DNA from: Fidelibacterota bacterium
GTDB taxonomy: Bacteria > Fidelibacterota > SORT01
NCBI GenBank assembly: GCA_022571215.1
Contig: JACZYG010000015.1
Location: 63-64,062 of the forward strand
DNA: 64,000 nucleotides
Direction: 5' to 3'
Part shown: positions 1-10,236 of the stretch, piece after piece
Position numbering within the stretch: the stretch's first letter is position 1
Layout: every line of letters starts with the position of its first letter
The notes under the pieces: generated by a model
Told to the model about the DNA's origin: nothing
Databases searched by the model: none
What the model saw: only the letters and a program-made list of their open reading frames with translations
Program-made: the position numbers and the translations under genes

Positions 1-106
1 ATATAACCATCAATTAACGCCGTAAATCCAATCTTAGATTTCCAGCGACGGTATTCGTGCCGTTACTTTTCTTTCGATATTCAGGAAGACTTAATAGTTA
101 CAAATC

Positions 107-718
107 CTAAAATACATTTATCGCCTTAGCCATCGCATCCGCACCTGGGAACCCGGCAAGCGGCCCGTTGCATTCGACCATGAGCTTGCTGATGTCTTCG
201 GGACCATCGTGCCTTCCGGCTGTTACCTTTTCAAATACCATTATCATGTTGAGTCCTTTGGCTACAAGGTCATCACCTTCCCGATATTCGAGCGTACCAC
301 CCCCTTTATCGTCCATCTCAATATCTCCCAAACTGTACCATTGGCTTATTAAACCTGCTACGTCACCAAAGGGCGGCGGTTCAGGTACAATCCCTTTTTC
401 CGGATTGCCGTCAACGAACATCATTGACATATATGCCATTACGTCAATTTCAAAGAGAAATGCCTCATATCCTGTTTCCGAGAGCGGGAAGTTTATTACT
501 TCAACCCTGGCTTCTCCCTTTTCCCAATCGCCAACTACATAACCCTTTGCGCCAACGAGCGGCTTGTCAATGTAGGTTCTCCTTACAGTTCCCTCATTAA
601 TCTCCGAAACAGCCCGAGAGCTTTTCGCAACCGGTTTTTTCTCTTCCATGGAACTACACGAGATTACAGTCATGATGCATATAAGCGCTACCGTGATAAA
701 TAAAGGATTGATTCGCAT
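107..718 (-). CDS. hypothetical secreted lipoprotein
   Basis: 203-aa ORF; N-terminal hydrophobic signal with a lipobox-like VISC motif; no recognisable catalytic motifs. Confidence 0.45.
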   Translation of the reverse strand: MRINPLFITVALICIMTVISCSSMEEKKPVAKSSRAVSEINEGTVRRTYIDKPLVGAKGYVVGDWEKGEARVEVINFPLSETGYEAFLFEIDVMAYMSMMFVDGNPEKGIVPEPPPFGDVAGLISQWYSLGDIEMDDKGGGTLEYREGDDLVAKGLNMIMVFEKVTAGRHDGPEDISKLMVECNGPLAGFPGADAMAKAINVF

Positions 719-1117
719 ACCTGTCTCCTATTTGATGTGTGAATTAGTAATTACTCCATTCGACCTAACGTATTGAACTGACATCCAGAATGACCTGCCC
801 GGTTTTATCATTGAATTAAGCCATATGGAATTTTGCTATGAATAATATAGGATTAATTAGTCACAATAACAATAAAAACTTCATGAAAAGCAGCTTATCC
901 CATAAAATACGGCGCTCCTTATGAATACAACTATCAAAGCTCTGACTATTTTGTTTCGCATAGGAAGAGAAAACACTTGTTGACGATATTCTAATTTGTT
1001 ATCTTAGCTACGATATTAGCCGATATTCCGTTGAGGAATAGTTAAGCAAAGTTAGCAACACATTACCTAAAGGAACCGGTAATCGAAAGATCCGCTCATA
1101 AATTTCACATCCCTGTA

Positions 1118-2887
1118 ATGGGAACCGGATTCACCATTGATACGCCAATTCGGATTGCCAAGCTTGGTATCTCATCAGTTATTTCAATTATTGACGATAT
1201 GCTCATGGAACAGATGAGAAAATACCATGCCGAGCGTGTCGGCGAACCTTACGAGGAGATTCCCCGCAAAAGCAAAGACTCACGTGTTCGTAGAATAAGG
1301 GAATATCTGAACCTTGTTCACCGTATTGTTAATAAAGAGATGGACTCTTTACGTAAATCTCCTTTTGAACCGGGCAGCGACATCACTCGTTATTACGATA
1401 TGCTTCCGGACTCGCCCCTAAAAGACGAATATCTAAAGATGCTTAATGAAAAAGACTTGGGACACAGAGAACGAATGCAGGACGAACTCCGCGATAAGGC
1501 TGTTCCGGGGAGCGTTGATGTCAATATAATGACTAAGATCGACAGAAATGGAGCGAGGGGCAATGAAGACCTTCCTAAAGGTCAAAGTGACGCGCTTCTT
1601 GCTCTCAGAGGTTACGCGGAGAGCACACTGAATTCATCGGTTATCTTCTCCGCGGGTCTTAACCCGAGACTGTACGCATACATAGCCAATTTCGCCGACT
1701 TCTTTCCCAACAAGCTCGGAGAGATAAAAAAGAAGATAACGCTCAAAATAAGCGACTTCAGATCGGGCGCCATTCAGGGTAAATTCCTTGCGAAAAAGGG
1801 ACTCTGGGTATCCGAATTCAGAATTGAGTCGGGACTCAATTGCGGCGGGCACGCTTTCGCCACAAAAGGTAATCTGATGGGTCCGATATTAGAGGAGTTT
1901 AAAGAGCAGCGGGAGATTCTTAAAGAAAAGCTATTTGATATTTACACCAAGGCGCTTAATAAGTTCGATAAAATCGTGCCATCCTCCCCGCCTGAGGTCA
2001 GCCTTACAGTTCAAGGCGGAATCGGCACAAATGAGGAGAGGAATCTGCTTCATGATCATTACAAGGTTGACACCACCGGCTGGGCTACCCCCTTCCTTCT
2101 CGTATCTGAAGTAACCAATTTGGATGACGACCATCGGAAAAGGCTTGCTGACGCGGGCGATGATGATGTGTATCTTAGCGATGCCTCGCCTTTAGGGTTA
2201 CCCTTCTGGGTGCTAAGAAATTCAGCAGCCACGGAGGAACAACACAGGCTGATCGAAATAGGGAAACCGGGAAGCGATTGCCCCAAAGGCTTTCTAATTT
2301 CTAACACAGAATTTACAAAACATCATATTTGTTCAGCTTCAAGAAATTTTATGAGAAGAAAGCTAAATACGCTTGAAACGAATGGATCTTCCAATGGTCT
2401 CGCCGAAAAACAAAAAGAAAATGTTCTTGCGAAAGCGTGTTTATGCCGTGACTTGGCAGCATCCGCCACACAAAATTTAAATGTTAAAAGAAACGGCAAA
2501 ATATTGATCTGCTGCGGACCGGGAATAATTAATTACTCTAAAAAATCCACGCTTGAAGAAATGGTCGATCATATTTACGGCAGGAAGTCGCTTCTCACAA
2601 AATCCTACAGACCGCACATGTTCATAAAAGAACTCAGCCTCTACGTTGAATACATACGAAAAGAAGCGGAGCAATATAGTTTTGAACTATCGAACAGAAC
2701 GCCAAAATATTTCCGCGAGTTCAAAGAAAATATTAAAGAAGGAATTGAGTACTACAGAACTCTCGTAGAAGAATTTATAGAAGAACAACGGGAACGATTT
2801 CTTTCCGAACTCGACGCTCTCAGCGCGGAATTTGACGCCATTCTGACCGATAAGTTACTTGAGCTTCAGCCTGCTGAAGTTTCGTAG
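1118..2887 (+). CDS. large conserved hypothetical protein (589 aa) with Cys-rich and GGH motifs
   Basis: Long uninterrupted ORF; motifs GTGFTIDTP, SGLNCGGHAF, QGGIGT and CLC..17..CCGPG; no signal peptide; family not assignable by eye. Confidence 0.55.
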   Translation: MGTGFTIDTPIRIAKLGISSVISIIDDMLMEQMRKYHAERVGEPYEEIPRKSKDSRVRRIREYLNLVHRIVNKEMDSLRKSPFEPGSDITRYYDMLPDSPLKDEYLKMLNEKDLGHRERMQDELRDKAVPGSVDVNIMTKIDRNGARGNEDLPKGQSDALLALRGYAESTLNSSVIFSAGLNPRLYAYIANFADFFPNKLGEIKKKITLKISDFRSGAIQGKFLAKKGLWVSEFRIESGLNCGGHAFATKGNLMGPILEEFKEQREILKEKLFDIYTKALNKFDKIVPSSPPEVSLTVQGGIGTNEERNLLHDHYKVDTTGWATPFLLVSEVTNLDDDHRKRLADAGDDDVYLSDASPLGLPFWVLRNSAATEEQHRLIEIGKPGSDCPKGFLISNTEFTKHHICSASRNFMRRKLNTLETNGSSNGLAEKQKENVLAKACLCRDLAASATQNLNVKRNGKILICCGPGIINYSKKSTLEEMVDHIYGRKSLLTKSYRPHMFIKELSLYVEYIRKEAEQYSFELSNRTPKYFREFKENIKEGIEYYRTLVEEFIEEQRERFLSELDALSAEFDAILTDKLLELQPAEVS

Positions 2888-2949
2888 TATACAGCTGCTT
2901 TCTTAATATTCAGTTTTTAAAGTAACAGATCCGAACCGGCATGACGATT

Positions 2950-4722
2950 TCATTTGATAAGCAGCATTTTTCTGGTTTGAGAAAAATTACCGGACAATAA
3001 TCTGTAAAAATATATTCCCGACGGCTGTTCGGACGCATCCCAACTGAGTTGATGACTGCCTGCCGATTGCATCCCTCCATCCAGCAGAGCGACTGTCTCA
3101 CCACTCAAGTTGAAAATTGAGATTTTTACTTCTCCATAAATAGGCAGTTCATAGTTTATGGTTGTTACAGGATTAAAAGGGTTGGGATAGTTTTGTGATA
3201 ATAAATACGAACGAGGCAGCTCCATAATTTTTTCTGCGGATACAATAAATCCTGCCGATTCGTTTATTCTCAAAACGCGGTTGACGGCAATATCGCTGAA
3301 TTCCTGTATCACTCCTGATGGCCAATAAACAGTGATATTATCTACTGTTTCCGCTTTGCCGAGACCGAATCCTATCACGAGTGAATTCATCGACGCAAAA
3401 CTCGCTCCGGCAGCCACCTCTTTATATTGAGTTATGCCACCGGATTCCACTTTAATTTTGGCTCCCACTCCGCTCCTGTTACTTTCTGTGCCTTCTAATT
3501 TCACTTTTATCCAATTATTACCTGAATTCGGATTAATGAATAATTTTAATTCGCTTCTTAATACATTGATAAAGAGCAAATCGCCATAACCGTCGTCGTT
3601 GAAATCAGCGCACACGCTCGCTCTCCCGTCTCCGGCGTCCGCGAGTCCTATGCTTGACGCTATCTCCGAAAAACCGGCTGTTCCCTTATTTTTATAGAAA
3701 ACATTGACTTCGCTGTATAGCGAGTCCCAGGACATGGCTCCGTTCACTACATAAATATCCTCATCGCCATCGTTATCGTAATCAAAAAAATTCACTCCCC
3801 ATGCCATTGTTTTATTCAAGATCCCTAATCTTTCGCCGCTGTCTTCGAATGTTCCATCGCCATTATTCGTAAATAGAAAATCTCTTGCAAGATTTGAAAC
3901 ATAGATGTCTATATCGCCATCATTATCGTAATCGGAAAAATCCACTCCCATACCCGCGCCGACGGGAATATTCAATTCAGCTGCCAAATTAGTGAATGTG
4001 CCATCGCCGTTATTATGATATAGAGCGTCCCGTCCGAACTCATTTACTACGTAAATATCAGGGTAATTATCGTTATCATAGTCAAAAACCCCAACCGCTA
4101 AATCCGTTCCCGTATACCCGGTGCCCGATGATTCGGTGACATCACTAAATGTGCCGTCACCGTTATTGCGATAGAGCCTGTTGGCATAATCTATGATAGC
4201 CTGCGAGCGGTTTAAAACGTAAATATCAAGATTTCCGTCATTGTCGAAATCCATCAATGCCGCGCTTGTGCTTGGTCCGGTATCCCCTACTCCCGCCTCT
4301 TCCGTCGCGTCATAAAAAACAGCCGCTCCGTTGTTCAGGAATAGTTTGTTCTCCCCGAAATAATTCGTCAGATAGATGTCCGCATCGCCGTCGTTATCTA
4401 TATCGCTGCATACAGCTCCCCATCCTTCAGAAAGATCAGCCACACCGGACTCTTGACCAACTTCCGAAAACGTCCCATCTTTATTATTCAGGTAAAGCTG
4501 ATTTGGAGAGCCCGCGCCATTTGTGATATAAAAGTCTTCACTACCGTCCCCGTCGAAATCGCACAAAGCTATTCCGCCAATATACATGAATCCAACGTGC
4601 TGATAATCTATGCCGGCCGATAGCGCTATTTCCTGAAATGTTTTTTGACTCCGAGCGTCGTCGTAGCAAAGCAGCAACAAAATTATTAATGATATATTAC
4701 GCGGTATCGTCATTTCCGGCAA
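2950..4722 (-). CDS. FG-GAP/VCBS-repeat (ASPIC/UnbV-like) secreted protein with T9SS C-terminal sorting domain
   Basis: Repeated D-x-D-x-DG-x-x-D-hyd-Y/F calcium-binding FG-GAP-type repeats; signal peptide; C-terminus NYPNPFNP...KISIFNLSGETVALL matches the T9SS (Por) CTD. Confidence 0.75.
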   Translation of the reverse strand: MPEMTIPRNISLIILLLLCYDDARSQKTFQEIALSAGIDYQHVGFMYIGGIALCDFDGDGSEDFYITNGAGSPNQLYLNNKDGTFSEVGQESGVADLSEGWGAVCSDIDNDGDADIYLTNYFGENKLFLNNGAAVFYDATEEAGVGDTGPSTSAALMDFDNDGNLDIYVLNRSQAIIDYANRLYRNNGDGTFSDVTESSGTGYTGTDLAVGVFDYDNDNYPDIYVVNEFGRDALYHNNGDGTFTNLAAELNIPVGAGMGVDFSDYDNDGDIDIYVSNLARDFLFTNNGDGTFEDSGERLGILNKTMAWGVNFFDYDNDGDEDIYVVNGAMSWDSLYSEVNVFYKNKGTAGFSEIASSIGLADAGDGRASVCADFNDDGYGDLLFINVLRSELKLFINPNSGNNWIKVKLEGTESNRSGVGAKIKVESGGITQYKEVAAGASFASMNSLVIGFGLGKAETVDNITVYWPSGVIQEFSDIAVNRVLRINESAGFIVSAEKIMELPRSYLLSQNYPNPFNPVTTINYELPIYGEVKISIFNLSGETVALLDGGMQSAGSHQLSWDASEQPSGIYFYRLLSGNFSQTRKMLLIK

Positions 4723-4842
4723 CTCTATAATAAGTATAAGCTTATATTGATCTTATTAACTCTTATGAACCATAACATAAAAGCTAATGATATAATATAC
4801 TATCCCTAATTAATAAATAATTTGACGATTTATATAAAACAG

Positions 4843-4872
4843 AAAAGCAGCTGACCAAAGTCAGCTGCTTCC
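4843..4872 (-). terminator. rho-independent terminator downstream of the HU gene
   Basis: Perfect 10-bp stem (agcagctgac caaa gtcagctgct) followed by a T-rich tract on the minus strand. Confidence 0.6.
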
Positions 4873-4892
4873 CAATAGTAAGTTTAGCTCGA

Positions 4893-5165
4893 CTATCTAA
4901 TAGCGTTAATTAGATCATTAGTCGGCTCGAAATGTGGCACTCGAGTCGTTTCTAATCTTGTAGAGCCGTTTGCAATTGAGCTCGCTTCCATCTCTCTTGG
5001 AATTCGCGAAGTTGTAAAGGTACCAATCCCCGCGAGATATACCTCTTCATTGTTCCTTAGTGCATTGACTACGTTTGCGGCTAATGCGCTTAACGCTTTA
5101 TCAGCCTGGATACTTGTTAATCCGCTTTCCGCAGCAATGGCATTTGCTAGATCTTGAGTGGTCAT
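4893..5165 (-). CDS. hup: HU/IHF-family nucleoid DNA-binding protein
   Basis: 90 aa; N-terminal helix MTTQDLANAIAAESGLT.ADKAL and an arm motif IGTFTTSRIPRE typical of HU/IHF. Confidence 0.65.
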   Translation of the reverse strand: MTTQDLANAIAAESGLTSIQADKALSALAANVVNALRNNEEVYLAGIGTFTTSRIPREMEASSIANGSTRLETTRVPHFEPTNDLINAIR

Positions 5166-5463
5166 ATGCGCGCCTCCTATCTATTAGTTATCCGCGTCTG
5201 ATGAGATTTATTGCAATTCTTGTACCAAAATGGAGTATTTGCCTGTTTCATTGGTTTACAGCGGTTTTGGACATCATCAATAACTGCGGCAGGATAAGAT
5301 TACGGTGGTATATCGCCATTTTAATCGCATATATTATTTGAATGAAAACAAAGTATATGAATGGCACCGCTTATTAAAACAATCGGATAATTTTTACGTA
5401 TGCTTTTTATGCCAACTATTTTACAGGTGACAGGTCATACTTTTAGGGAGAATGCGAATTTAA

Positions 5464-6039
5464 ATGAAGGATAGGGAGATTGAATTGATTCACAAAGCTC
5501 AAAATGGGGACAGTTTCGCGTTTGAGCAACTTGTCAGCGGCTATGACAGACAAGTTCTGAGTCTCGCTTATTCTATAGTGGGAAATCCGGACGATGCTCA
5601 AGATATTTATCAGGAAGCTCTAATCGCTGCCTATAGAGCGCTCCCAAAATTTCGTATAGAGAGCAATTTCTTCACATGGCTCTATCGTATCGCGGTGAAC
5701 AAAGCCATAAATTTCAAAAGGAAGAATTTAAAATATCAGGTTGAATCAATTACAAAATCAGGTTCAGACTCTTACGCTCCCGACCATGATTTACGAATTT
5801 CTCTCTCGGATACACCCGAAGAAGTGACCGTAAGAAAAGAATTGAAAACTATCATAGATGAAGCTGTTTTGCTTCTGTCAACACGGGAGAGGATGGCGTT
5901 TGTATTATGCCATCAAGAAGGATATAAACTTCGTGAAGCAGCAGAACTCATGAATTGCTCCCTTGGCTCGGTGAAGAGCTATCTATTCCGTTCAAGGGAA
6001 AAACTTAAAGCCCATTTAAAACCGTACATGGAGAATTAG
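5464..6039 (+). CDS. ECF-type RNA polymerase sigma factor (sigma-70 family, group 4)
   Basis: Region 2 motif AQDIYQEALIAAYRALPKF...FTWLYRIAVNKAIN and a region 4 HTH; 191 aa. Confidence 0.85.
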   Translation: MKDREIELIHKAQNGDSFAFEQLVSGYDRQVLSLAYSIVGNPDDAQDIYQEALIAAYRALPKFRIESNFFTWLYRIAVNKAINFKRKNLKYQVESITKSGSDSYAPDHDLRISLSDTPEEVTVRKELKTIIDEAVLLLSTRERMAFVLCHQEGYKLREAAELMNCSLGSVKSYLFRSREKLKAHLKPYMEN

Positions 6040-6040
6040 A

Positions 6041-7015
6041 ATGTCCGCAGACAAACTTAAAGAACAGGTATTGTTATATCTCTATGGAGAATTATCTGAT
6101 GATGACAATCTTTTATTTGAGGAAGACCTCGCAAAATACGATAATCTCCGAACAATATATGAGGAAGAAAAAAAATTACACGAGCTATACTCACTCAGAT
6201 CCGATAAAACGATCCCGGATTCGCTATTGCAAGCGAGCAGGTCTGAACTCCGCGAGCGGTTAAGAGAGGAAAACACCGGCTCGACCGCCAAATCACGCTT
6301 GTCAAAAGGTATAATCTATATTCTTTTCGGCTCCCCCGTCAAGACGATGGTCGCGCTCTCCATGCTGACAATCGGTATCCTTTTGGGAAAGTATGTCTCT
6401 ATAGAAGTGGATTTTGATGACGGCATAGAAGTCCATCAGCGAACAGCTTTGATGGATGGAAATATATCAAGCGAACTTTTGGGTTCTGATGCATTGGAGA
6501 TAGCCGACATGAAGATTATAGCCTACGACGCCGATTCGGAAGAGATAACAATTTCGGTTGATGCGGTTGCAAGCGTTAGTATCAGAGGGAATATCAGTAA
6601 TAATAAAATTCAGACCATTTTGGCAGCCGCTCTTCAAAGTGATTTAGGTCCGTCAATTAGGTTGAAATCCATTGAATTGCTTAAAATGAATATTGAAAAG
6701 AAAGAGATAGTGAATGCCTTGATACAGGCGCTTCAAGGTGATGATAATCCGGGCGTCAGGCTGAAAGCCGTAGAAGCGCTCGCTCCGTACACGGATAATA
6801 CGGACGTAAAGAACGCATTATTGAATACGCTGAAAAGAGACGGGAATGCCGGTGTGCGTATTCAGGCTATTCTTGCCTTGAAGGACAATAAGGATCCAAA
6901 AGTATTGGAAGTTTTAAAACATAAGATGGAATCAGATGAAAATGAATATATCAGACACCAGTCAAAGGAATCGGTATCCGGTTGGACAATAGATAAAACA
7001 GGACGCGAGATCTGA
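6041..7015 (+). CDS. putative anti-sigma factor, single-pass membrane protein with HEAT (PBS-lyase type) repeats
   Basis: Starts 2 nt after the sigma-factor stop; cytoplasmic N-terminus, one TM segment (MVALSMLTIGILLG), C-terminal repeats ...DDNPGVRLKAVEALA...DGNAGVRIQAILAL... Confidence 0.55.
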   Translation: MSADKLKEQVLLYLYGELSDDDNLLFEEDLAKYDNLRTIYEEEKKLHELYSLRSDKTIPDSLLQASRSELRERLREENTGSTAKSRLSKGIIYILFGSPVKTMVALSMLTIGILLGKYVSIEVDFDDGIEVHQRTALMDGNISSELLGSDALEIADMKIIAYDADSEEITISVDAVASVSIRGNISNNKIQTILAAALQSDLGPSIRLKSIELLKMNIEKKEIVNALIQALQGDDNPGVRLKAVEALAPYTDNTDVKNALLNTLKRDGNAGVRIQAILALKDNKDPKVLEVLKHKMESDENEYIRHQSKESVSGWTIDKTGREI

Positions 7016-7033
7016 TCGCGCAGGAGAAACATA

Positions 7034-8365
7034 ATGAAATCACTGAAAATCACGCTCGTTCTTTTATTATCGCTATCAACGCAGGTTGTCGCTTTATCTC
7101 AAGAAAGAGGAAAAATAACCAGAGAACGGGGCGAATTTATTGAAACGATCGACAAAACTTACAAAGTAAAAAAAGGAGGTTCGCTTTTTCTCAGCTCCGA
7201 CCAGGGTCCTATCTATGTTGAAACATGGTTTGAGGATAAAGTGCGTGTTGTTGTAATCAAGAGGGCTGACGTTAGAAACGAGTCGCGCGCTGAAGAGATA
7301 TTCGAAGAGATTGAGGTAACCATAACCAAATCGGGCAAAGACGTTACGGTCAAGGCTAGAACGCCATGGAGGCGAAGAAAAAGAAGTTCCGTCCTCTCTT
7401 TTGAAATTACCGTACCATATAAATATAACGTGGATGTTGAAACCGACGGCGGCAGCATACGAATAGCTGATCTTGAAGGCAACCTAAACGCGGAAACTGC
7501 CGGTGGCAGTATTAAAGTCGGGCAAATATCGAATGGTGACCTAAATGTTGAGACTGCGGGCGGCAGCATCAAGATAGTTGGGATTAAAAATGGCAACGGA
7601 ATAGCAAGTACAGCAGGCGGCAGCATAAAAGTAGGCGATGTATCCGGTGATCTTAAAGTTCATACTTCCGGCGGCAGCATCGAATTGGGCATAATCGGAG
7701 GCAAAGCGAAGGCTCATACTTCCGGTGGCAGCATTAAGGTCAAGGAAGGCGGCATTGACTTAGACGCCTCCACTTCCGGCGGAAGCATCTCTGTTAATTA
7801 CGCAAACGGTCCCGTGAAAGTTCGCACGTCCGGCGGAAGCATTTCCATTGGCGACACAAAAGGTGATATTGACGCAAGTACAGCCGGAGGGAGTATCCAC
7901 ATAGGTGAATCCGGCGGTCGGGTCAACGCAAGCACTGCCGGCGGCGGCATAAGCGTCGAAGGTTCGCAAGGACCGGTAATAGTTGAAACAGCCGGCGGAA
8001 GCATAGAAATCACCAATGCCCGGGGATTCATAGAAGCGGTAACAGCGGGTGGAGATGTGGAAGCTGAACTGATCGTCAGCGACAAGAATATAGATACTCA
8101 TGTCACTCTTGAAACAGCCGGAGGAGATATAACGCTCTATCTTCCCGCCGAACTCTCAGCCACTTTTGATGTTGAACTTGAGATTACACGTCGCGCCTGG
8201 AGAGATTACAAGATATATTCGGATTTTCCGCTTAGCATAAGCGACGATGCTGATGGGTGGCGAGGAAATAAAATCATAATTGCCGAAGGTGATATAAACG
8301 GCGGTGGTGATAAGATCAAAATAAGAACTAAGAACGGTGATATTCGTATCAAAAAGATCAGATAA
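7034..8365 (+). CDS. DUF4097 (putative adhesin / LiaG-like beta-helix) repeat protein
   Basis: Signal peptide; more than 14 tandem ~20-aa repeats of (E)T(A/S)GGSI(K/E/S)V...; sits directly downstream of the sigma/anti-sigma pair, as LiaG-like genes do. Confidence 0.7.
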   Translation: MKSLKITLVLLLSLSTQVVALSQERGKITRERGEFIETIDKTYKVKKGGSLFLSSDQGPIYVETWFEDKVRVVVIKRADVRNESRAEEIFEEIEVTITKSGKDVTVKARTPWRRRKRSSVLSFEITVPYKYNVDVETDGGSIRIADLEGNLNAETAGGSIKVGQISNGDLNVETAGGSIKIVGIKNGNGIASTAGGSIKVGDVSGDLKVHTSGGSIELGIIGGKAKAHTSGGSIKVKEGGIDLDASTSGGSISVNYANGPVKVRTSGGSISIGDTKGDIDASTAGGSIHIGESGGRVNASTAGGGISVEGSQGPVIVETAGGSIEITNARGFIEAVTAGGDVEAELIVSDKNIDTHVTLETAGGDITLYLPAELSATFDVELEITRRAWRDYKIYSDFPLSISDDADGWRGNKIIIAEGDINGGGDKIKIRTKNGDIRIKKIR

Positions 8366-8383
8366 CTTATTCACGCCCAATTT

Positions 8384-8420
8384 TGAAGCCCCGTATCTGT
8401 TGATCGATTCGGGGCTTTTT
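8384..8420 (+). terminator. rho-independent terminator after the DUF4097 gene
   Basis: aagccccg...cggggctt stem followed by a TTTTT run. Confidence 0.6.
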
Positions 8421-8837
8421 AATTGATGTCAACCACCTTCCGCCTTAATTCCCCGCCATACCGATGCCGTGTCCGGCTTTGCCGTACGGACGGCGCGGAC
8501 TGCTGCCTCTTCGAGACTTCCCCTCCTATTTATAATGGGGAGATGAAAAATTCCCCTCTATCGGAACCCTACCCGACATCGGTTAAGCGGGCAAAGACGA
8601 CGAATCTCCCCTCCTTACAAAGGAGGGGATAAAGGGGTGGTTGTATTATAATTTGCACCGTGATGTGTGGTCGGCTTTTTAGCGTGCGGTCAGGGCAAGC
8701 CCTAACTCGCACAATAAGACTAAGCGGGTTTTTATGGAGTGCTCCCAACGGTGTTCCTACGGAACATCAACTGTGTGCTGATTAGGCAACAAGCCTCTCA
8801 ACCGCCACGAATCAATTATTCCTAAGCACAAAAAAAT

Positions 8838-8862
8838 CCCCTCGTGGGGATTGTCGGGAAAA
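8838..8862 (-). terminator. terminator downstream of the TPR gene
   Basis: atcccc acga ggggat hairpin followed by T7 on the minus strand. Confidence 0.5.
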
Positions 8863-8881
8863 AGTGTTACCGGGGGAGTGA

Positions 8882-10117
8882 TTAAAGCGCTTTGGCGCTC
8901 ATCTCTTTGGCGACCATCGCTATCTTCTGCTGCGCTTCGATAGATGTAAAGCATTCGAGCGCTTTGCCGTAATCAACTTCAGCCTGTTCCGCGTCTTTCG
9001 TCTCTCTGTGCAGACGCGCTATCTCAAGGTGGGTCTCGCCCTTATTGAGGGAGTTGTCGTGACGCTCGTTGATCCTGAGTGAGTTGCCAAGATAGACCTC
9101 GGCAAGGTCGAACCTGCCGTTCTTCTTATGGTTCATGCCCATAAGCTTGTAAACCTCTGCTACGCCGAGCCTGTCCTTCATCTCACTGAATATCTTGAAT
9201 GCCTTGGTGGCAAGAAGAACAGACTCGTCTATCTCGTTCTTCTTATGATAGATCTCTGCCTTCTCCAGGTAAGAGAGACCGGCGATACGTTCGTCGCCCG
9301 CGCGCTCGGAGAACCTGAGACCGTCATCAAGTTTACGCTCCGCCGCTTCAAGGTTGCCCTTGTTCTTATAGGCGATGCCGATATTATGATGTATCAGAGC
9401 TCTCAGAGGATCGTTGTTCATGTTGCCGAGTGTCTTGAGAGCAGAGTTGTAAGACTCCAGGGCGCTGTCATGGTCGCCGCGGATATTGAGTATGTTGCCG
9501 AGGTTCATGTAGATCTTGAGCAGAAGTTCACGATCCTTGTTCGCTACGGCTAACTTCTTGGATGATTCAAACGACTCTAACGCGTTAGAGAGTCTGCCCG
9601 TCTCGGCATAAAGAATACCAAGTGTGTTGAGGGTAGCGGATAACGCTTTGGTGTCACCCGAGTCTCTTAAGTATGACTCTGCCGTGTTGAACTCCTCAAG
9701 AGCTCTCGACCAGTTAGCCTGCTTGGCGAATATCTCGCCTAAGAAGCGGCTCGCGGAACCCTTGAGACTCTTGTTCGTCTCGCTGTCGGGACGACTCTTG
9801 ATCTCGTCTAAAAGGTTCATCGCGCGGTCAAACTGATTAGCGGCTATAGACGCTTCCGCTATCGCTAACAGCAACGCGTCATAAGAATCTCCGCTTAACT
9901 GTTCCTGTGATACGCTTAAGATGATTTCAAATTTGGTGTCTATGGTAAGGTTGCTACGGTCATTCTTGGTAAGGTCTGTCGGTAGGATAGTCCGCCATGT
10001 CTCTCGCAGCCCGGTTTCGTTACTCTTAAGAAGCTTCGTAACCTTCCGGCTGAAACCTCTGCCGCAAGCCTTAGAAGCGATCTTTAAAACGTCTGCTGTG
10101 AAAGTCTCGGTAGCCAT
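8882..10117 (-). CDS. tetratricopeptide (TPR) repeat protein
   Basis: Multiple 34-aa TPR-like repeats (..A...Y..A..L...G....A...Y..AL); 411 aa; no signal peptide. Confidence 0.7.
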   Translation of the reverse strand: MATETFTADVLKIASKACGRGFSRKVTKLLKSNETGLRETWRTILPTDLTKNDRSNLTIDTKFEIILSVSQEQLSGDSYDALLLAIAEASIAANQFDRAMNLLDEIKSRPDSETNKSLKGSASRFLGEIFAKQANWSRALEEFNTAESYLRDSGDTKALSATLNTLGILYAETGRLSNALESFESSKKLAVANKDRELLLKIYMNLGNILNIRGDHDSALESYNSALKTLGNMNNDPLRALIHHNIGIAYKNKGNLEAAERKLDDGLRFSERAGDERIAGLSYLEKAEIYHKKNEIDESVLLATKAFKIFSEMKDRLGVAEVYKLMGMNHKKNGRFDLAEVYLGNSLRINERHDNSLNKGETHLEIARLHRETKDAEQAEVDYGKALECFTSIEAQQKIAMVAKEMSAKAL

Positions 10118-10236
10118 AACTATCTAACCGTGCTCCCCGTTGTCAATGAAATGATGGACGCGGTAAGTATCATTGTCAATGATAACAGTTCGCTCATGTC
10201 GCTTACCTTATATGCCGTAAGATTCAACATCTTACC

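Noticed and set aside
168-542. 124-aa plus-strand ORF antisense to the first lipoprotein gene
   Set aside because: Ser/Pro-rich low-complexity translation fully nested in the opposite-strand ORF; no start context.
7213-8101. Antisense ORFs (137, 113 and 95 aa) inside the DUF4097 gene
   Set aside because: They are products of the repetitive GGCGGCAGCAT coding repeats read on the opposite strand (proline/alanine-rich low-complexity translations). They overlap a well-supported gene.
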